Part shown: positions 1-10,070 of the stretch, one piece after another
Numbering within the stretch: the first letter of the stretch is position 1
How the letters are laid out: each line of letters begins with the position of its first letter
From: Takakia lepidozioides
Taxonomy: Eukaryota; Plantae; Bryophyta
Assembly: GCA_030704615.1 (NCBI GenBank)
Contig: JAKLZA010000285.1
Span: 1 to 20,000 of the forward strand
Reading direction: 5' to 3'
DNA: 20,000 nucleotides
Position numbers and translations under genes: made by a program
Notes under the pieces: model-generated
What the model saw: only the letters and a program-made list of their open reading frames with translations
What the model was told of the DNA's origin: nothing
The model's database searches: none

Positions 1-665
1 AGACGCCAAAGATATTCAGCAAAAAGAGAAAGCTATCTGAAAGCTAATTATCCATATCTTTGGGAGAGATGAATAGACATAGGGGAATCATCTGGACCTC
101 TCACACCATTAAGATCAGAGAGTACATCACCCATACCGAAAGAACTAGAGTTGGATGCCACTCCTTCTTTTCTTTGCAAGAAAGATTAAGGAATTGGTAC
201 GGGAAGAAATCACGAGGTGAAAGATCTGAGGTACATCCCTGGATAAAAGATTTGACATAAATCTTTGATAAGAGTTGGCATGGAACACCAAAAGCAGGAA
301 CTCCAGTTTCTGAAGCGGAAGGTGAAGAAGGAACAGAGGATGTGGCAGAGCCAACGGAGAGTTCAGACTCTCCAACACCATTGCAGTTGAGTTACATGAG
401 TGAAGAAGAAACCCAAGGGAGAACTTGGAGGATAAAATAGAGAGAAGAAATTGGAAGAGGAAGAGTATGAAGAAGTAGACCCAACAGCTGAGGTTCAGAC
501 TACAACCAGGACATCCCAACCCGTTGGACCTGGATCAAGTGGAGCACTTGTCACAGGCCAACGAAGGTGTCGGCTCAGGGGGATCAGGCGGGGCCCTGGA
601 TCTGGCTCTGGGGGGACAGGGAGTGTGGGAAGTAGTGCAACTGGAGCTGGGAATACTGTGAATAT
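1..665 (+). mobile_element. Internal (5' gag-extension) fragment of a second copy of the same Gypsy family
   Basis: Near-identical to 3162-3836 of the full-length element (e.g. GIIWTSHTIKI, EEEEYEEVDPTAEV, GSSATxAGNTVNI); similarity stops at ...gtgaatat where an LTR begins. Confidence 0.92.
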
Positions 666-1152
666 TGTTAGAGGACTGTAGGGGACTTAGACACTTATAC
701 GGGATCTGTAGGGTACCCTTAATTTTTGCACAGACTGAGACAAACAGGAACCTTAGGGTGACAGCAGCGCACTGTAGAGGGGGTTACATAGCCCACACAG
801 CCGACACAGCAGCCCACACAGCCAATACTCACAGTCGTCACAGCCGCCGTCACAGCCCACACAGCCACACAGCCGTCACAGTCGACACTCATCAAGTCGT
901 CACAGCAGACACAGTCACAGTCACAGCACACAGCCAAACACAGCCAGTCACCGCTTGACCAGCTGTCACGATAATAGGGAACGAAGAGTAGGACAGGGAA
1001 CGACTGTGGGGAACAACACGAAGGGAACATGTTAGTTCACGACGGTTAGAGAGGGAAACGGTTAGAACCGCGGATAGGAGGATAAAGGGAAGAACGGGGA
1101 ATGATGAAGGGATCATTATTATGGGAGGACTTCGGAGTCAGGCGGGAGCGGA
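666..1152 (+). repeat. Truncated LTR (5' half) of the same family
   Basis: Starts tgttagaggactgtaggggacttagacac, identical to 13839; matches the other LTRs to ~ggcgggagcgga (1152), then similarity is lost; right boundary approximate. Confidence 0.85.
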
Positions 1153-1630
1153 AGTCGTGGAAAGAAGATGAGGATGTCAGCTGGATGAAAAGGATGGTGA
1201 GAGACGAGCTTTGATGAGCGGCAGGCTTCATGACACTTGGCATTGCAAAAACCAAGGTCTGAACATGATTTTCAAGTATAATCTTGAAATTTGGAGGAGA
1301 GGTCAATCAGAAGAGTACACACAAATGTGGAGGAGCCTGCTACAGGAATGGAAGATTGTCTCTGATTGAGAAGGACACTCACTTCACACCTGTGAGTTCT
1401 ATTGATCAACCTATACCAGATCAGACACCACGAAGTCCATGCAAGCTTGAACTAGCACTGATCAAGACAGAAGAAGTGAAAAGAATCACCAAGTGGTGTG
1501 GAATGCACATGCTGTGAACATGGGAATTGCAGAAGGATGGAGTGCGATCACAAACGTAATCCCACATAACAGAGGATCACACAGCATAGTAAGGTCTTAC
1601 AAGTAGGGCAAGACATAGTTTGGGCATGAT

Positions 1631-2532
1631 TGTTGAGGACGGTAGGGGACTTAGACACTTATACGGGATCTGTAGGGTACCCTTAATTTTTGCACAGACT
1701 GAGACAAACAGGAACCTTAGGGGTGACAGCAGCGCACTGTAGAGGGGGGTTACATAGCCCACACAGCCGACACAGCAGGACAGTGCTCAGTCACAGCCCA
1801 CACAGCCCACAGGTCACAGTCACAGCCCACACAGCCCACACAGCAGTACAACCTGACACAGCCAGTCACAGCTCACAGCCCACACAGCCAAACACAGCCA
1901 GTCACCGCTTGACACAGCTGTCACGATAATAGGGAACGAAGAGTAGGACAGGGAACGACTGTGGGGAACAACACCAGTGAAGGGAACATGTTAGTTCACA
2001 TACGACGGTTAGAGAGGGAAACGGTTAGAACCGCGGATAGGAGGATAAAGGGAAGAACGGGGAAGAAGGGATCATTATTCGGGGAGGACTTCGGAGTCAG
2101 GCGGGAGCGGAGATCGGAGAGCACGATGAAGGAGAAAAGAGGATTAGTAGATGCTTGTTATATGCAAAGCTGAGTGATATTGTAGAGCAGATTAGAGACA
2201 TAATGGCTTCGGCCTGATACCTGATAAATCATAATCTGATACTTATACGATACAATCACACTGTGTAGAGAGATCTGAGTGAAGCTGTGGATTGAATGGA
2301 GGAGTGGAAACCGATAAATTGATGAAGCAAACTGATACTTAAATTATCAATGGTAAGGTAGCTAAGATGAATGCGGAAAAGGAAACAAATAGGAAACACC
2401 CCCATGATACACTAGCTGTAGGTCATGACTGATTGTTCTGCGCGGGCTGAGTACTTAGAGATTTCCAACTCTTCTATCTTGGAGTTTCCGCCTCGGATAG
2501 CGAAGGGATGGGTGAGTAAAAGCCGCGCGACA
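1631..2532 (+). repeat. 5' LTR (902 bp)
   Basis: tgttgaggacggtagggg...agccgcgcgaca; direct repeat of 13839-14788; followed by a PBS. Confidence 0.93.
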
Positions 2533-2534
2533 TT

Positions 2535-2552
2535 TGGCGACCATACTGGGGA
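2535..2552 (+). promoter_or_regulatory. Primer binding site, tRNA-Arg-like
   Basis: TGGCGACCATACTGGGGA begins 2 nt after the LTR-terminal CA. It starts with TGG (complement of tRNA CCA) and resembles the TGGCGACTCCACTGGGGA Arg-type PBS of Ogre/Tat elements. Confidence 0.8.
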
Positions 2553-2560
2553 CCTGGGAC

Positions 2561-3990
2561 ATGAACAACCAGATGTGACAGGCATCTGGTGGGATCATGG
2601 TGGTTGGACCATTAAAGAATTTGAAGTGAATCAAATTCCCTGTGGAACGAAGGAAGAAAGATTGTCCAAACAATTCTTTCAAAGGTTCTTGGAATTGCCA
2701 GACGGATGTAAAGAAAATATTCTTAAACGAGTGCATGATGCTGATCCAGAATGGGGTCTGGAGAAAGGAGTGATAAAGATTTATCAGGTAGCCTGTAGAG
2801 GAAGAGCACGTTGGTTACCAACATTGTTTATGTGATAGCATTGCTATCCATTAAACGAGTAGAGTTTGAAGGCTGGGAAGAAAGAAAGGTGAATGTTTAT
2901 ACTCATATGCATGAAGAGCTTGTACTGGTAAAGAATTGGATTCCAAAGGATATTTTGTGGATCAAACTCACACCAAGAACAGCTTTTCAGACTTGTTTGC
3001 CATATGGTTATATGGTAACGGAGACTTCAAGTATAGCCAAGGGTGCATTGAAGCTTGAAAGAAATCCAGGCATATACGAGAGATATTACAGAAGAGAGTT
3101 TTGGTTATTGCCACATTAAAAGAAATGAAAGACATGGGACATGAGTGATGAAAGAGAAGCTAGACGACAAAGATATTCATCAAAAAGAGAAAGCTATCTG
3201 AAAGCTAATTATCCATATCTTTGGGAGAGAGGAATAGACATAGGGGAATCATCTGGACCTCTCACACCATCAAGATCAAAAGTGCATCACCTATACCGGA
3301 AGAACTAGAGTTGGATGCCACTCCTTCTGTTTCTTTGCAAGAAAGATTAAGGGAATTGGTACAGGAAGAAGATCAATCACGAGGTGAAAGATCTGAGGTA
3401 CATCCTTGGATAAAAGACTTGACAGAAATCTTTGATAAGAGTTGGCATGGAACACCAAAAGCAGGAACTCCAGTTTCTGAAGCAGAAGATGAAGAAGGAG
3501 ATGAGGATGTGGCAGAGCCAACGGAGAGTTCAGACTCTCCAACACCATTACAGTTGAGTTACATGAGTGAAGAAGAAACCCAAGGGCAGAACTTGGAGGA
3601 TGAAAACAGAGAGAAGAAATTGGAAGAGGAAGAATATGAAGAAGTAGACCCAACAGCTGAGGTTGAGACTACAACCAGGACATCCCAACCCGTTGGACCT
3701 GGATCAAGTGGAGCACTTGGATCACAGGCCAACGAAGGTGTCGGCTCAGGGGGATCAGGCGGCTGCCTGGATCTGGCTCTGGGGGGACAGGGAGTGTGGG
3801 AAGTAGTGCAACTGAAGCTGGGAATACTGTGAATATCGTGGGGCCAGAAGCAGGGAGTGCTCAAGGGCCACCACTTGGTGGAAGATCCACCACAAAAACA
3901 ACAGGTCCAGAAGGACCAGCACCAGCAAGGGTGCCAGCACCTGTCAGTGGGCAGAAGGTAGGGCCCACATGGCGTTACAACCAACACGGG
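2561..3990 (+). CDS. Long N-terminal extension of Gag or upstream extra ORF (frameshifted), unknown function
   Basis: Chain of overlapping protein-like ORFs (2425-2835, 2811-3119, 3221-3832, 3796-4068): a Trp-rich globular part, then an acidic and Gly/Ser/Pro-rich linker leading into the gag core; first ATG after the PBS at 2561. Confidence 0.55.
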
Positions 3991-5086
3991 CAAAACCACC
4001 CTTTCCAATATATTCAGGAAAAGGGGATCCCGATGTACACATTAGCCAATTTGAGCACATGTGTATAGTGAACAATGAGAATGGCGATGATGCCAAGATG
4101 AGACTGTTTCCTTGTTCACTTATCAAGAAAGCAAGTGAATGGTATGCAAGATTCCCTGATAATCATTTCCTAACCTGGAATGGCTTGAATACAGCATTTC
4201 GAAATAGGTTCAGGACAAGTAAAACTGAGGATGAAGTGTATGGAAGTTTACAACAGCTGAAGCAGAAGAAGCATGAAACTGTTGAAGAGTATATGGAGAA
4301 GATGGAATTGATGATGAAAAAGCTGGCTGCAGTACCAGCAGCACCGGTTTACAGAAGACTTGGTTTGTGAGTGGACTAAGACCAGAGTTGCAGAAGAAAG
4401 TGGATATGTTACCCCATAATACAGTGGAGGAGGCATTTGAAACTGCAAACAGAATTGAGCAATTGGGAATGCTCAGGAGAGAGAAAAAAAGATGAGGACT
4501 CTGAAGATGAGTCAGATGAAGAAGAAGAGCAAGAACTAAAAAGAAAGAGTAAGAGAAAGGAAAAAGAGGGATAACTATGAGAAAAGATTGGAAGAAATCT
4601 TGAAGTATGCCCTGCACACATTGGAGGATGGGGGTGTATGGTGTGCAAAGTGCCAGAATGAAGGCCATACCACTACAGAATGCCACATGAAGGAGAAACA
4701 CTGTACTATCTGTAAAATGGATAACCATTCTACTGAGAATTGTTACTACAACAGAAGGACAGCTGCAAGAGAACCTAGGCAAGTAAGGGTGCATCAGGTG
4801 CAGCCCCAGCCAAGAAGAAGCAATGATCAGGACCACTATGGTAGGTCTGGTGGTTATAACAATGGCATGGAAGGGAGAGGTAATTCAAGAGGGAATTACC
4901 AAGGAAATTCCAGAGGCAACTATCAGGGTAATCCAAGGGGAATTACCAGCCCGGGAATCAGGATTATAGAAATAATCCAAGACCAGACCAAGGGCGAGAC
5001 CCAATGGTGAAGAGCTATGTTACTATTGTAATCAGCCAGGACATCGCAAGGCAGCCTGTTCATTCTGGATAAGACACCAGAATGAG
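3969..5086 (+). CDS. gag: Gag (retrotransposon capsid domain + three CCHC zinc knuckles), frameshifted
   Basis: FPIYSGKGDPDVHISQFE...LFPCSL...ASEWY...TWNGLNTAFRNRF core; knuckles CAKCQNEGHTTTEC (4642-4683), CTICKMDNHSTENC (4702-4743), CYYCNQPGHRKAAC (5018-5059). Confidence 0.9.
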
Positions 5087-8000
5087 ATGAGAGCTCCTGT
5101 GAATGAGGGCCCAGTGGTGGCAGCTCACATGGTTAGGCCATGTGTTGTACCAGAAGTAAGTACAATGATAGTAACAAGAAGTAAAGCCAAACTAATACCT
5201 CCAGTAGAAGAGGAAGAAGATGAGACTGGAAGTGGCAATGATATGCCTGAAGATGAAGAGACTTGGAAGGATGAGAAGGAACTGCACAAGGAAGTGGCAG
5301 ATACTATAAGGGAAATGCAAAAGAGTACTGATATTCCTGTGGCAGATTCCTCTGATTCGGATGGAGAAAAAGAGGGGAGTGAGGAAGAAAGGAAAAAAGA
5401 AGATGCAGACATGCAAAGTAATGAAGAGACTTTGGCTGAAGTAATATGTCAGACCAAAGCAGAAATTACCATTGGACAGCTATTAGCTGTGGCACCTTAT
5501 TGTAGGCACAGGCTGTATCAGGCAATCAATCGAATTGCCCAAGAGACAGGAAACACAGACCTGAACAGCAAGGTGACCAGTTATAATGTGAAGCCGGAAG
5601 GGCGAGAACCAGTCATGGACTTTGATGATTCTATGCCAGTAATCCAATTGAGAATTGGAAGCACAGAACTAACTGATGTACTGATAGATGGTGGTTCTGG
5701 AGTAAATATCATGACAGACCAATTAAGGAAGAAGCTTGGTCTAAGTAACATGAAACCAGCCCCATTTACAGTAACAATGGCAGATCAAAGAAGTGTACAG
5801 CCATTGGGATTAATAAGAGGAGTTAAGATACAGATACAGAAAATGATCTTTATGATCACAGTAACTGTATTAAAAATGGATGAAGTCATGGAGGCTTACT
5901 CCTTATTATTGGGACGTCCGTGGCTGAAACAGGCCAGGGTATTCCATGACTGGAATTCTCAGTTACTAACTGTGCATAATGGGATGCACGAGATACAAAT
6001 TACCACAAAGAAATCTAGTAGATTACCTGCTACAAGAAGACCTCGAGGAGTCAGAGTATGACTGGAGGGAGGACTGGATGAGGAGCAGGAAGCTACCCTA
6101 TTTGCTGCACACCCAGAGGGAGCAGGTTGCAGAGATGCGGCTGGAAAGCCTAAGTTGTTAGAGGTATCTGCTGTGGTGTAGTGACAGCAACACCAACTGA
6201 AGAGAAACCAGCATTTACCCATCACATTTCTATGAAGAAAGAGAAGGAGAAATAGAAATCCTAGAAGAACCAGCCACTGTGAGCTTACAGGATGAAGTGG
6301 TGACTGGTTGGACAATCACAGCTGATGAGCAGGTGAGAGAAGTAAATGTGGGAACTCGGAGGAACCGAGGATGGTGAAAGTAGGAGCTGATTTGGAGCCG
6401 GAATTCTTCGAAGAAGCTAAAAGCTTGTTCATCAAATACAGAGATGTATTTGCTTGGAGCTATGAGGATAAAAGGGATACCACCTGAAGTCTGTCAGCAT
6501 AAATTTGAACTGGAACCAGGGTCAGTACCAATCAAGCAGGCGAGGTATAGAATGAATCCCAACTACGCACAGAAGGTTGGAGAAGAGATAAAGAGTTGGC
6601 TGAGGCTAAGTTTATATACCCAATAGAGTATACAACTTGGTTGTCACCCATTGTTATAGTTCCCAAGAAGAATGGCAAACTAAGAGTATGTGTGAACTAT
6701 AAGAAGCTGAATGCTTGTACGAAGAAAGATCCTTTCCCTTTGCCATTCACAGAAGTATTAGACACTGTGGCAGGCCATGAGATGTACTCATTCATGGATG
6801 GCTTCAGTGGTTATAATCAAGTGCAAGTGGCAGAAGAAGACCAAGGGAAAACAGCTTTCATCACAGACTGGGGGGCTTATGCATACAAAGTCATGCCCTT
6901 TGGACTTTGTAATGCACCAGCGACCTTTCAGAGAGTGATAAGTGAATCTTTTCAAGAGTATCTGGATGATTTCATGCAGGTGTTTTTGGATGATTTCAGT
7001 GTGTACAGCTCTAAGAATGAGCACTTGCATAAATTGGAGTTATGCCTGGCCAGATGCAGGATGAGAGGTCTGGGCTTGAATCCAGAGAAGTGTACTTTCT
7101 GTGTGAACTCAGGGGTGCTTCTGGGACACATTGTGTGTAAGAAGGGACTCCTTGTGGATCCCAGGAAGACAGAGTCCATTAAAGCCTCTCCACCACCAGT
7201 GAATGTTAAGAGTTTAAGGAGATTCCTTGGGCAAACCAGTTATTACAGAAGATTTGTCAAAAGGTATGCACAAATAGCAGCACCATTGAGCAAGCTTCTG
7301 AAGAAAGATGCAGTGTTTGCATGGACAGCTGAATGTCAACAGGCGTTTGAGGAACTTACACTGTCAGTAACAACTACACCTGTGCTGATTAACCCTCACT
7401 GGCATGTAGTATTTCATGTTCACTGCGATGCATCAGGAGAAGCGTTGGGAGCGGTGTTAGCCCAGAATGTTACAGGGAATATAGATTCACCTGTGTACTA
7501 TGCTAGCCGGTTGATGAACAGTGCTGAGAGGAACTATAGCACAACGGAAAGAGAAGCATTGGCAATGATCTATGCAGTGAAGAAATTCAGGCATTACCTA
7601 TTGGGAAGAAAGTTTATTTTTATGTGGATCACCAGGCTCTGATATATCTGGTGAACAAACCTTTGATAAGTGGAAGGATAGCGAGGTGGTTAATAATCTT
7701 GCATGAGTTTGAGTTCGAGGTTATTTACAAGCCTGGCCGTTTGCATCTTGTGGCAGATCATTTGTCACGACTAACAACAGGAGAGGCCGCCACAGGAGTG
7801 GACGATCAGTTACCTGATGCGAGTTTATTTGTAATGGAGGTGCAAGGAAGTGCAGATGAATGGTTAGATTGGCAGTGGCCAATCAGATACTACCTTGCTC
7901 ATGGTCAGTGCCCACCTAGTTATGGTAAGGAGCAGAGGAAGAGAATCGCTATCAGAGCTTTACCTTATACTATGGTAGGAAGCAGAATGTATAAGTTAGG

Positions 8001-9242
8001 ACCTGATGGAGTACTAAAACGATGCTTGTACCACCATGAAGTAAATAAAGTCTTGGAGGAAGTTCATAAAGGAGTGGCTGGAGGTCATTTTGGAGAAGAG
8101 ACTACCAGTAGAAAGATACTACTCGCAGGATACTGGTGGCCTACTTTGTTCAAAGATGTACATGAGTATTGTCAGAAGTGTGATGAATGTCAGAGGCTAG
8201 GACCTTTGCAGAGATCTGGAAGAATGGCCTTGCATCCTACAATGCCTACGGAACCATTTCAGAAATGGGGACTAGACTTTGTTGGACCAATTAATCCACC
8301 ATCCAAGAATACACGAAACAGGTACATAATTACAGCCACTGATTATACTACAAAGTGGGTGGAAGCTAAAGCTTTGAGGGACAACACAGCCAAGTCCACA
8401 GCAAGGTTCCTGTACGAGAACATACTTACACGATTTGGATGTCCCTTAGAATTTATCAGTGATCAAGGAAGTCACTTCATGAATGAGACCATTGAGTTAT
8501 TGACTAAAGAGTTTATGATTGTGCATAGAAAGTACAACATATTACCCACAGGGTAATGGACAGGCAGAGGCTACCAAAAAATACTATGTACTATCTTGGC
8601 TAAGATAGTCAATGCAAACAGAACGGATTGGGATACAAAGCTGCTGACAGCTTTGTGGTCATACAGGACTTCATATAAAGTCACCACTAAGTATACACCA
8701 TTCCAATTAGTTTATGGTATGGAAGCCTTACTTCCAGTGGAATTCCTGTTACCTACCATGAGAACGGAGTGGGGAAAAAGAATGGAATTGCAAGACTCCA
8801 TCAAGGTCAGGAAACATGAATTATACCATGTGGAAGAAGTACGTGCTGATGCAGCTGATAATATGACCAGAATTCAGATGAAGCGAAAGGAACAGTTTGA
8901 TGAAGGCAAATTAAAGACTTTTAAGACGGGGGATTTGGTTCTATGGTTGCAGAAGAAAGGAAAGATTCAAGCTTCTAAGCTTAAACACCATGGAAAGGAC
9001 CTTATGTCATACAAAAGATGTATGATAACAACACAGCCATGTTACAAACCATTAACAAAGAAATGCTGGGAAGAGTCAATGCAAATAAGTTGAAGGGGTA
9101 CAGTGGTATCCATGACAAACCCCTGCAGCATGATTTGCATGTTGAACCGCAAGAGCAGTCACGGGCTGCACCAGTGTTACGAACGTATGGAACACTTGTC
9201 GCTAGGCCCAGTATATATGACCGGGTGGGCAAACAAACGTGA
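5087..9242 (+). CDS. pol: Pol polyprotein: aspartic protease, reverse transcriptase, RNase H, integrase (several frameshifts)
   Basis: PR: VLIDGGSGVNIM (~5680) and LLLGRPWL. RT: SFMDGFSGYNQ, MPFGLCNAPATFQR, VFLDDF (6983-6994). RH: HCDAS, EREALA, DHQAL, ADHLSR. IN: H-H-C-C zinc finger, GLDFVG / SDQG / GQAEA DDE triad, C-terminal WKGPY motif (~8990-9005). Confidence 0.95.
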
Positions 9243-9555
9243 CACGGCCCATCACATACAGCCTATCACAGTACAATCACAGCGTCACACTGACACAGCC
9301 TATCACAGCCCATAACACAGCGCGCACACATATCACAGCCCATAGACAGCCTATCACAGCCATCACACACAGCCTATCACAGCACGCGCACAGTATCACA
9401 GCGCGTGTCACAGCCTACACAGCTTACCACAGGCACACAAGCCTATCACAGCGTAACACAGTATGACACAACTGTCACAGCTCACAACAGTGCAACACAG
9501 CCTATCACAGCGTAACACAGTATGACACAGCCTGTCACAGCTCAACACAGCCTAC
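9239..9555 (+). repeat. Degenerate CACAG/ACAGCCTATC tandem repeat tract just after pol
   Basis: Many acagcctatcacag units; ~60-bp duplication at ~9436-9553. Confidence 0.85.
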
Positions 9556-10070
9556 TAAAGTTACACGATCCATAGAATCAGTGACAAGTGGACACATAAA
9601 AACTTCAGGAAAATGGCTGAAGGAAGAAGAAACGGAAATTAATTTAAAAATAGACACGTGGAGGTCAGGGTGCGACACACAGCAGAGAATGAAGTGCAAG
9701 GACAGGTGTCAAAAAGAAAGAGGACAAGAACGGCCGTCAAAAGGGATGAAAGGCGGGCCCATTAATGAATACGGAAAAAGGGAAACAGAACGAACGGCAA
9801 GTACAGAAAAACTGAATTCATGTCGCATGTGTGATCCTAGTGGACTATCCAACAGGGAAAGTCCACTAAAGAAGATAAAAGTTAAAATCCAGTCACAGCG
9901 GATACAGCCAATAGAAAACCAGAGAAATGATCAAGAAAATGGAGGGAATTGAGCGCAAGAGGCGGCGTCGTTCTGAGTAACGGGCGTCTCGACAGGACAG
10001 GCCATAAATGCTATAACTTGGAAACTATGGAGGAACTAACAGACTATACGCTCGCAATATTACTTACGCA

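Noticed and set aside
665-1030. His/Thr/Ser- or Cys/Val-rich ORFs here and at 1690-1929, 9103-9466, 13771-14177
   Set aside because: Artefacts of the CACAG repeat tracts
1229-1250. tgaca-ct-tggcattgc as an alternative LTR end plus PBS
   Set aside because: No similarity to the family's LTR 3' end and no recognisable tRNA complement beyond TGG
9018-9242. Possible chromodomain after integrase
   Set aside because: Reads as the GPY/F-SH3-like integrase tail; no chromodomain aromatic-cage pattern
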